Source of the DNA: Deltaproteobacteria bacterium
GTDB taxonomy: Bacteria; Desulfobacterota; Syntrophia; Syntrophales; UBA2210
Reading direction: 5' to 3'
DNA length: 38,618 nucleotides
NCBI GenBank assembly: GCA_030603465.1
Contig: JAUVXT010000001.1
Coordinates: 1 to 38,618, forward strand
Part shown: positions 16,583-23,596 of the stretch, piece after piece
Layout of the letters: every line of letters begins with the position of its first letter
Position numbering within the stretch: position 1 is the stretch's first letter
The notes under the pieces: generated by a model
The model's input: the letters and a program-made list of their open reading frames with translations, nothing else
Told to the model about the DNA's origin: nothing
Database searches by the model: none
Position numbers and translations under genes: made by a program

Positions 16583-17104
16583 ATGAAGATTTTTGACAAA
16601 ATGGAGTCGTCCGATCTCAGGAATTATCTGGAATTCCTGCTCCGGCACTACCGGGTCATGGACGCCTTCTGGTTCATCTATGTGGCCGAGCGTTTTGACC
16701 AGAAGACAGCCGAGGAGATTAATGAGAAGGTCTGGGGAAGGGTGGCCGGCATGGCCGCAAAGGATCTGAAAAATCGCTTTAATATTACTGAAAAGGGGCT
16801 TGAGGGATTTGTAAAGGCCCAGAGACTATTCCCCTGGTGTGTCCTCGTGGGGTATCAGATTCAGGAGTTTGAAGATGAAGTAATTATCTCCGTGCCCTCC
16901 TGTCCCACACAGGAGGCCAGACTAAACCGCGGATTGGGTGAATATGTCTGCAAGGATATGCACCGTTCCGAATTTACAAATTTTGCCACAGCCATAGACA
17001 GGCGCATCCAAGTTGAGTGTCTCTTTGCGCCCCCCGATCCGCATCCCGACGATATGTTCTGTCAGTGGCGGTTTTCCATTGGAGAGAAATCCGAGGGTGA
17101 ATGA
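16583..17104 (+). CDS. DUF6125-like cytosolic protein
   Basis: The ORF reads [39 protein letters not shown]...[21 protein letters not shown]...[20 protein letters not shown]. The family name is from memory. I chose the ATG at 16583 because of its strong RBS (AGGTGG). The track start is 16559. Confidence 0.55.
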   Translation: MKIFDKMESSDLRNYLEFLLRHYRVMDAFWFIYVAERFDQKTAEEINEKVWGRVAGMAAKDLKNRFNITEKGLEGFVKAQRLFPWCVLVGYQIQEFEDEVIISVPSCPTQEARLNRGLGEYVCKDMHRSEFTNFATAIDRRIQVECLFAPPDPHPDDMFCQWRFSIGEKSEGE

Positions 17105-17294
17105 ACTGCCACGCCGCAAGCAGCAGTGTATCAAAACGAGTGCTTTATCCTTCCTGTCGCAGCAGGCTGCTGGGAATTAAACCCTGCATGATTTCATGTC
17201 GCACTCCGCGTGATTAGAGTAATCCGTGTAATCTGCGAAATCTGTGGATTAAATCGTGTGAGTTTCCCTACAGAAACCGGCAACCGATTTCACA

Positions 17295-17322
17295 TTGACA
17301 TATCACATTACTTTACTATAGT
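17295..17322 (+). promoter_or_regulatory. sigma70-like promoter TTGACA-N16-TATAGT
   Basis: TTGACA is at 17295-17300 and TATAGT at 17317-17322, about 140 nt upstream of the small ORF at 17460. Confidence 0.45.
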
Positions 17323-17363
17323 TTGGCAATAAAGCTCATTCATTGCCACATATTAGTAAGTTA

Positions 17364-17392
17364 GAATTTGCTTTCTGATAGAAAGCAAATTC
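17364..17392 (+). other. perfect 13-bp stem / 3-nt loop hairpin
   Basis: The sequence is GAATTTGCTTTCT-GAT-AGAAAGCAAATTC. No U-run follows on either strand. It lies in the putative 5' leader of the small ORF. Confidence 0.7.
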
Positions 17393-17459
17393 GTTAACGC
17401 ACTTATCCCGTTTATCGGGGTTAGGGATCAAGTTAACTCACCGGTACCGGGAGATCGTT

Positions 17460-17609
17460 ATGGGTAAAAAGGGAACTCTTTTCTTTGTAATTTTTGGGAT
17501 CTGTGATTCTATCTACGGCGTGATATACCAGGATAAAATCAGTATTTTTGCCGGGATAATAGTGACGATCGGCGCTGTCTGGGTATACTATCGCAAAAAA
17601 AATAACTGA
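17460..17609 (+). CDS. 49-aa predicted two-helix small membrane protein
   Basis: The ORF reads MGKKGTLFFVIFGICDSIYGVIYQDKISIFAGIIVTIGAVWVYYRKKNN. A GGGAG lies 6 nt upstream. It is below the ORF-track cut-off. The antisense track ORF 17433-17627 is less plausible. Confidence 0.4.
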   Translation: MGKKGTLFFVIFGICDSIYGVIYQDKISIFAGIIVTIGAVWVYYRKKNN

Positions 17610-17724
17610 ACTGAACAGCGAGCGCATTCCCCGCTGCTTGCGGCGGGGTTAGCGAGCGAATAAAAAATAAACAATTTCCTTACCAGTCGGAGATTCCCCG
17701 CACTTTGGTGCGGGGAGCTTCAAT
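17606..17724 (+). repeat. double-hairpin intergenic repeat, family A, full copy
   Basis: The sequence is CTGAACTGAACAGCGAGCG-[CCCCGC..GCGGGG hairpin]-TTAGCGAGCGAATAAAA..TTTCCTTACCAGTCGGAGAT-[TCCCCGCAC-TTTG-GTGCGGGGA]-GCTTCAAT. It is highly similar to 32831-32948. Confidence 0.9.
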
Positions 17725-17850
17725 TATTCGGCAATAACGGAAGACACAAAATAACCGGGAGTCCCGCCTGGAAATGTAAACTATTAGGACGCCGGCTGAT
17801 CAACCAACATGAAGAAGAACAGAAAGTTACGTTTAATTTGATTTGAGAGG

Positions 17851-18780
17851 TTGTTGATTGTGAGAATTCGCAAACATGGGAAAGTTATGAATAATCTGTG
17901 GTATCTGGGTCGCGAGGAGTCCGGCGTCTATCTCCTTGAGGGATCGGACAGTTCCATGATAATCAGCGGAGGCGTAAGTTATATACTCCCCGACATCCTC
18001 CGCCAGTTTGAGGAATTCGGTATAGATGAAGGGCGTATCGACAAGCTTTTGATCCTCCATGCCCACTTCGATCATATCGGCGTTGTTCCCTTTTTCAAAA
18101 GGAGGTATCCCGATCTCCAGATCTATGCCTCTCAACGCGCCTGGGAGTTGCTTAATACGGAAAAGGTGATCGACACCGTCAATATGTTCGGTAAACTGAC
18201 GGCAGAAAGGATGGGATACAGTGATGCTATCTCATCCTATGATCTCGACTGGCGGGATGACGTGAAGGGCATAGCAGTTTTCGAAGGCGACATAATAGAT
18301 CTTGGCCTTATGTCGGTCTCCATTATAGAAACGCCGGGGCATTCATCATGTTCCATCGCGGCTTATGTTCCGGAGACACGGGTGCTATTCCCATCAGATG
18401 CCGGTGGGATTCCCTATAAGGACAACATGCTTGTAACTTCCGGAAATTCCGATTATACTCTTTTTCAACAGAGCCTTGAAAAACTGAAGCCCCTGGAAGT
18501 CGACTTCCTTTGCGCGGATCACTACGGATACGTAACCGGTGAGGAGGCACGCACCTTTATCACCGATGCTATCGATGAGGCAAAAAGGTTTCGAAAACTT
18601 ATGGAATCCGTTTACAGGCATACGGGAGACATAGACGCGGCGGCAAAACGAATGGTCGCAGCCACAGTTGCATCGGACCCCGATTATTTCCTCCCCCCCG
18701 AAGTTCTGGAAGGCGTCTACCGGCAGATAATGAAGCACCTTGCAAAGGTGATGGAAAAGGAGGCGTCCATCGCGGGTTGA
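17851..18780 (+). CDS. MBL-fold metallo-hydrolase
   Basis: 309-aa ORF with the HxHxDH motif LILHAHFDHIG, and later TPGHSSCS and CADHYG. The start is ambiguous (TTG 17851, GTG 17860 or ATG 17887). Confidence 0.8.
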   Translation: MLIVRIRKHGKVMNNLWYLGREESGVYLLEGSDSSMIISGGVSYILPDILRQFEEFGIDEGRIDKLLILHAHFDHIGVVPFFKRRYPDLQIYASQRAWELLNTEKVIDTVNMFGKLTAERMGYSDAISSYDLDWRDDVKGIAVFEGDIIDLGLMSVSIIETPGHSSCSIAAYVPETRVLFPSDAGGIPYKDNMLVTSGNSDYTLFQQSLEKLKPLEVDFLCADHYGYVTGEEARTFITDAIDEAKRFRKLMESVYRHTGDIDAAAKRMVAATVASDPDYFLPPEVLEGVYRQIMKHLAKVMEKEASIAG

Positions 18781-18828
18781 ACTGGTCAGCGAGCACATTC
18801 CCCGCTGATTGCGGCGAGTAGCTTCAAT
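18777..18828 (+). repeat. family A repeat, collapsed copy
   Basis: The sequence is TTGAACTGGTCAGCGAGCACATTCCCCGCTGATTGCGGCG-AGTAGCTTCAAT. It has the 5' and 3' ends of family A with the middle deleted. It overlaps the TGA stop of the MBL gene. Confidence 0.75.
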
Positions 18829-18895
18829 TTTTGGTTGAGGAAATCTTTATTCTCAATGTAAAATGCGGCACTGGTGTAGTCATCATCTAAATCTT

Positions 18896-18963
18896 ACCTT
18901 TTTCGCATTTCGGTTGATGAACCGCCGCATAAACATCTTTATTACGAAAGAACCAAATTTTTC
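18896..18963 (+). repeat. intergenic repeat, family C, copy 1
   Basis: ACCTTTTTCGCATTTCGGTTGATGAACCGCCGCATAAACATCTTT..ATTACGAAAGAACCAAAT aligns with 37948-38029. By eye it is ~80% identical, with a ~17-nt indel. Confidence 0.7.
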
Positions 18964-18991
18964 TTGTCCGTCTCGGGAGGATAATTGAAGT

Positions 18992-19363
18992 ATGGTCACA
19001 AATAGATACCCGCTACAACAATTCAGGCATCTGGTATGCCGTGTCGGACAGAAATCACTCGTACCCAGAACCCGCCACTGGGTAGGAAATGACGGGATCT
19101 ACCCCTATTATCATGAGGCCATTCCCCGCAAGGAAGATCCCCTTTATCTCAATCTCTCATGGAAGAGAAAAGATGATGCGCCAGTTGAAAATGTAGGCCT
19201 GTTCAGGATGAGCATAGAGGCACTGCTGTCCAGAGGTTTTATACGGGCCGAAGGCAAAGACAAGGCGCGCCTGCGGATATGTCACATGGAAGATGATCTG
19301 ATATATATCCAGGCAAAGTCCGGCGAACCCGCACTGGCTATCGGCACCCTTTCGGAACTGTGA
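18992..19363 (+). CDS. hypothetical protein (123 aa)
   Basis: The ORF has GGGAGG 10 nt upstream of the ATG. I recognise no motif. The coding call rests on length, the RBS and its position ahead of thrC. Confidence 0.4.
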   Translation: MVTNRYPLQQFRHLVCRVGQKSLVPRTRHWVGNDGIYPYYHEAIPRKEDPLYLNLSWKRKDDAPVENVGLFRMSIEALLSRGFIRAEGKDKARLRICHMEDDLIYIQAKSGEPALAIGTLSEL

Positions 19364-19433
19364 TTGTCGATTCTTGCTATGAATATACAACACAATGTCG
19401 ATACTATGCTCACATTACAAAAGGGTCCAAACC

Positions 19434-20633
19434 ATGAAAAAGACCGATCTTGTATGTACACACTGCGAAAAGATTTTCCTCATAACCGAGGTATATCCCC
19501 GCTGCGATATCTGCAACGAGCCCCTGGAGGTCAAAAAGGCGGCGAAGGGGAGAATAAAAGAGGGGAATACTTTCACTCAGACGATACTCGAAAGATACGA
19601 AGACTTTTTCCCATTTAAAGGGATAGAGGAAGATATCTGTCTTCATGAAGGATTTACACCGCTTATCAACTCTTCCAGTCTTGCAGCAGAGCTGGGGGTC
19701 AAAGAGATTCACCTCAAGAATGAAACGGGAAATCCCACATGGTCCTTCAAGGACAGGGGCACATCGGCCGGCATTCAGCATGCCCTGAAACTGGGATACA
19801 AAAAAATCGGAACCGTGTCATCTGGGAACATGGCCGCCTCCATTGCCGCCTATGGCGCAAAGGCGGGATTGAAAACTTTTATCCTGGTGAGCGCCGATCT
19901 TCCCCCGGAGAAGCTGAACCCCATAGCCATATATAATCCCGCCCTGATACGGGTACAGGGCGATTACGGAAATCTCTACTATGAAAGCCTAAAGATAGGA
20001 CAGAAACAGGGTATCTACTTTATAAATTCAGATGTACCCTTCAGGGTAGAGGGTTCAAAGACCATCGCCTTCGAAATCTGCGAACAGTTGGGTTTTGCCG
20101 TTCCCGACTATGTGGTTGTACCCACCAGTTCGGGGGGCAATCTGAGGGGAATCATCAAAGGATTCGAGGAATTCAGGCTGTGCGGGCTGATAGATAAAAT
20201 TCCCCGAATCATCTGCGCCCAGGCGAGGGGATGCGCCGCCATATACAACGCCCACAGCAACAACCATGAAACGATATCGCGCGTAGAGAACCCGGACACG
20301 ATAGCACATGCCATAGAAAATCCCCTGCCGCCCAGCGGGAACGAGATTCTGAGGAAATTGAGGGCGAACGACTGGATTTCCGTCGCAGTAACCGATGAAG
20401 AGATTATTCGTGCGCAAAAACGTCTTGCCGGTGAGGGCATCTTTGGACAACCCGCCGCGGCAGTTCCCCTGGCGGCGGTGAGACAGCTGGCGGGGAACGG
20501 TGTTATAAAAAGCAGGGACACCATCGTCTTGATCGTAACGGGTGGCGGGTTAAAATATACGGCCGCCTTCGAAAGACATGATTTAAAAGTCGCGGATTGC
20601 AGGATAGAGGAACTGAGTGAGTTTATGAGATAG
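19434..20633 (+). CDS. thrC: threonine synthase-type PLP enzyme with an N-terminal Cys4 zinc ribbon
   Basis: The PLP-lysine motif NPTWSFKDRG is present, along with SSGNMAASIAAYGAKAG and PTSSGGNLRG. The N-terminus has CTHC...CDIC. I chose the ATG at 19434 (MKKTDLVC...). Confidence 0.8.
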   Translation: MKKTDLVCTHCEKIFLITEVYPRCDICNEPLEVKKAAKGRIKEGNTFTQTILERYEDFFPFKGIEEDICLHEGFTPLINSSSLAAELGVKEIHLKNETGNPTWSFKDRGTSAGIQHALKLGYKKIGTVSSGNMAASIAAYGAKAGLKTFILVSADLPPEKLNPIAIYNPALIRVQGDYGNLYYESLKIGQKQGIYFINSDVPFRVEGSKTIAFEICEQLGFAVPDYVVVPTSSGGNLRGIIKGFEEFRLCGLIDKIPRIICAQARGCAAIYNAHSNNHETISRVENPDTIAHAIENPLPPSGNEILRKLRANDWISVAVTDEEIIRAQKRLAGEGIFGQPAAAVPLAAVRQLAGNGVIKSRDTIVLIVTGGGLKYTAAFERHDLKVADCRIEELSEFMR

Positions 20634-20647
20634 GTTGTTTATAACCC

Positions 20648-20902
20648 TTCACGGGTTACAGGTTCACGGTTAAAAAAACAGATGGCAGCGGAAGGTTATC
20701 GTAAAAGTTAGAAAGGATATCTTCTCTTTCGGTGCTTTAGACAGCCTGACTGGTGGCAATAAGCACCTCTGTTTAATGATGAGGTTCAATCTACAAGATT
20801 GAACCAGCGGCAGGCAGTGATTGAACCAGCGACAGATTGGACCAGCGGCAAGTATTCCGGGGAAAGACAGCAAACTGTGAACCGATAACCGTGAACGGTT
20901 AC
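20648..20902. repeat. ~255-bp MITE-like element with imperfect terminal inverted repeats and an internal triple repeat
   Basis: The left end TTCACGGGTTACAGGTTCAC and the reverse complement of the right end TTCACGGTTATCGGTTCAC share 17/20 positions. Inside, GATTGAACCAGCGGCAG, GATTGAACCAGCGACAG and GATTGGACCAGCGGCAAG start at 20797, 20819 and 20835. The hairpin GGTTCAAT-CTACAAG-ATTGAACC is also internal. A short relative lies at 28054-28100. Confidence 0.4.
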
Positions 20903-20906
20903 GTTT

Positions 20907-21680
20907 TCATATCTGCCCCCTCAGCCTCGCCCACAGAATCCCCAGGTATTCATAGACGGCCCGCTCCGATTTCTGCAACGACCCGGCGCTGGGGAAAAAT
21001 TGGCCCGGGCTCAATTCCTTACTTTTTTTTGCCAGATGCCCAGCGGGGGCCGGGATGGGGTCCATTCCCAGTTTCCTGAAGAGAGCCATCGCGCGTGGCA
21101 TGTGCGAGGCGGACGTTACCAGGACGAACCGATTCCCGCCGACGATTTTCTTTATGAAACGGGCCTGATCCTTGGTATCCTTTGAATCGGACTCCATGAT
21201 TATGTCGTCCCCTTTTACACCCAGGACCTGCGCCGAATCGGCCAGGGTTTTCGCCTCGGGTACGGGATCGAATACCGCGCCTCCCGAGAGTATCATCTTA
21301 CTCCCCGGATTTTTTCTGTATACCCGAATCCCCTCTACGAGACGGAGAAGAGATGCCCTGCTTAACTGGCTCGTCACCGGAAGCGAGGGATCGGACGCAT
21401 GCCCCCCACCCAGCACTGCTACATATTTGACCGGATCGGACACGTTCCCGGAAATGGAAGGTGAGTATGCGCCATATCTCTGTTCGAGAGGGGAAATGAT
21501 TTTACTCGATATCTGATCGAAACTCAAAGGGGCGAAGATCAATATCCCCACCGCGACCAGGACCTTTCCCGTTCTCCTCCTCCGTGTAAAAAAGAGTAAA
21601 AATAATCCGGAAAGAGCGAAGAGAAGGCTCAAGGGCACGGGGAATAAGAACGGTGCTGCTATTTTTTTTAATAAAAACAT
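20907..21680 (-). CDS. YdcF/ElyC-family (DUF218) protein
   Basis: 257-aa ORF with an N-terminal TM region, then VAVLGGGH, ILSGGAV and VLVTSASHMPRAMALFRKLGM, typical of DUF218. Confidence 0.75.
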   Translation of the reverse strand: MFLLKKIAAPFLFPVPLSLLFALSGLFLLFFTRRRRTGKVLVAVGILIFAPLSFDQISSKIISPLEQRYGAYSPSISGNVSDPVKYVAVLGGGHASDPSLPVTSQLSRASLLRLVEGIRVYRKNPGSKMILSGGAVFDPVPEAKTLADSAQVLGVKGDDIIMESDSKDTKDQARFIKKIVGGNRFVLVTSASHMPRAMALFRKLGMDPIPAPAGHLAKKSKELSPGQFFPSAGSLQKSERAVYEYLGILWARLRGQI

Positions 21681-21701
21681 TGTCCTCTTCTTCCGTACTG
21701 T

Positions 21702-22073
21702 TTATGTGAATCTATTATTGTCGGATTTTGAAGCCATCTGAACGTCCGGTTTGCCATATCTGGCATCGAATCTTTCATCAGACATGGCTATCAGAATGAT
21801 AAATTCGAATAAAGCGATGATACCGGGGATGAGTGTCCACGAAAAGATCAGGTAGAGGAGCCCCTGAAAAATTCTCCCCAGGTAAAACTTATGGGCGCCT
21901 ATCCCGCCAAGAAGCAGAGCCAACAGTGCCGCGGTGATCCTGCTTTTTTTACCCTTTGTCTTGGGTTTGAGTTGTCTGGTGCCGCAATTCGGGCAGATTT
22001 TGGCGCCGGAGTATATCTCCGCCCCGCATGACTGACAGACCTTGACGAAGTTACAATAAGCTTTATTGACCAT
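21702..22073 (-). CDS. zinc-ribbon plus TM2 domain membrane protein
   Basis: CQSCGAEI...CPNCG is followed by ALLALLLGGIGAHKFYLGRIFQGLLYLIF, a TM2 signature. Confidence 0.75.
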   Translation of the reverse strand: MVNKAYCNFVKVCQSCGAEIYSGAKICPNCGTRQLKPKTKGKKSRITAALLALLLGGIGAHKFYLGRIFQGLLYLIFSWTLIPGIIALFEFIILIAMSDERFDARYGKPDVQMASKSDNNRFT

Positions 22074-22220
22074 GGCCTACTCGCCCTATTAATCTCTGTA
22101 TGTTCTCTGTTGTGAAAGGAAGAAGATATAACACTTCTGATTGTTCAATATAAAGCATTTACAAATACTTTTCAATCGATCAATAAAAGACGAATGGACT
22201 CCCGCAACATTCGCGCTTTG

Positions 22221-23516
22221 TTAACTGAAAAGCGGCGGGATGATGGCTTTTGTCCCCTTTATTCTGGCTGTTACAAGGGCCGCAAGAGAACGAACCGGGT
22301 TTAAGCCGCCCAGTTTCAGCGGATTTACTCCCATATGTTTGCAGAGGCCATGCACTGTTTCGGCGAGATTGTTGCAGCCCCTGCTCATGGTAACATTTTT
22401 CCTGCCCAGACGCTTCAGCAATTCCTGCCCGTAGTCCTGAATGGCGCAGCTTCCCGCGATGTGGACGGGGCCCGCAAGCCCGCGAACGGCTTCCGAGTCT
22501 ATCCCCTTTCCCATGAGTATGGTGAAATCGCCAGAGCCCTCGTGGTCATTGTAGAGGACTTCCACTACGGTCTCCGTGTTTCTTCGGCACCCTTCTTTAC
22601 AGCACCGTTCCCCGCCCCTGAGTATGACAAGTTCCGGGGGAAATTTGTCGAGAAGTTCGCAGGTGAGATTTTGCTTCCTCTCTTCAAACAGGTATTTATT
22701 AACGATAGTGATCCGCTCCAGGTCGCTCTTGCCGATACCCGTCTCTGAAGATAATTTAAGATGTAAAACGTCGTCAATGTTAAAACCCAGAAATGCGGCT
22801 CCGACGGTGTCACAGGCAAGGGCATCTCTGCTTCCAATGAGACAGTTCATCGGAATGATGCATTCCGCGCTGTTTTTCCTGGCGATATAGTGTCCGTGAT
22901 TCGTTGCGATGATACCGTCTATTATTGTGAAGTCCGGCTGTATGTAGCGATAGATGTCGGCGAACTTCTGGTGGAGCCTGAAATTGTGGTCGTCAATCCT
23001 GCTCTCCTGGTGAACGAAGCCGAATTGATTCTTGATGGATAGGGTAATCTGCGACATGGAGTGGGTCTTGAGCTTCGGGACGGATACATAGAGGTTTTGC
23101 CCCTTTTCACAGATCAGTCTTTCATAGACGAAAGATGATATGTCGATGAAGGACTGGAGACCCTCAAGCCACAGGGGAACAGCACCCGTTTCATCAAGAT
23201 ATACGGGAATCGCTCCGGTATCCCTGCACACGCGCTCAATGCCCGTTGCCTTGAAAACGAGGCGTGTAAAATTTCCCTGTGTACAGTTTTCGATGACATA
23301 GACATTCTTCGCTCCGCCTTTTTTGAAGCACAGGATAACCTCTCGAATAACCTCGGGATCTGTATAACTGTATTCCTTGAGGTCAACGGCGTTCACCTTG
23401 AGATAAACATCACCGCTCGACTTCAGGAGAGACCCTGCTCCGCCGAAATGTCTGAAAATGTCTCTGATCGCCGGCTGAATCCCCTCTTTAGTGTCCGCAA
23501 ACAGGACTTCAGTCAT
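22221..23516 (-). CDS. DUF362 domain protein
   Basis: 431-aa ORF with VYLKVNAV, PKLKTHSMSQITLSIKNQFGFV and a Cys-rich C-terminal part (CCKEGC). Confidence 0.7.
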   Translation of the reverse strand: MTEVLFADTKEGIQPAIRDIFRHFGGAGSLLKSSGDVYLKVNAVDLKEYSYTDPEVIREVILCFKKGGAKNVYVIENCTQGNFTRLVFKATGIERVCRDTGAIPVYLDETGAVPLWLEGLQSFIDISSFVYERLICEKGQNLYVSVPKLKTHSMSQITLSIKNQFGFVHQESRIDDHNFRLHQKFADIYRYIQPDFTIIDGIIATNHGHYIARKNSAECIIPMNCLIGSRDALACDTVGAAFLGFNIDDVLHLKLSSETGIGKSDLERITIVNKYLFEERKQNLTCELLDKFPPELVILRGGERCCKEGCRRNTETVVEVLYNDHEGSGDFTILMGKGIDSEAVRGLAGPVHIAGSCAIQDYGQELLKRLGRKNVTMSRGCNNLAETVHGLCKHMGVNPLKLGGLNPVRSLAALVTARIKGTKAIIPPLFS

Positions 23517-23596
23517 TGCAAAACACCTCCAGGATGGAAAAGAAGATAGTCATGGGTTACTGTCAATCAAATTGAAAAAGTGGAATGTCCCTCATC

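Noticed and set aside
16448-16648. A 66-aa minus-strand ORF lies upstream of the DUF6125-like gene.
   Set aside because: It is a translation of the REP-like palindrome (VISTAGRNLRFLS...) and it overlaps the start of the plus-strand gene. It has no RBS.
17686-17724. I considered whether the ~38-nt hairpin unit GTCGGAGATTCCCCGCA...TGCGGGGAGCTTCAAT (also at 28180-28218, 32910-32948 and 35667-35712) could be a CRISPR repeat.
   Set aside because: Every occurrence is a singleton kilobases from the next. There are no regularly spaced spacers and no cas genes. The units are embedded in a longer conserved element. I treat it as a dispersed REP/MITE-like repeat.
20670-20873. A 67-aa minus ORF lies in the thrC / DUF218 gap.
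   Set aside because: It lies wholly within the repeat-rich MITE-like element and has no RBS. Its translation is dominated by the triple repeat.
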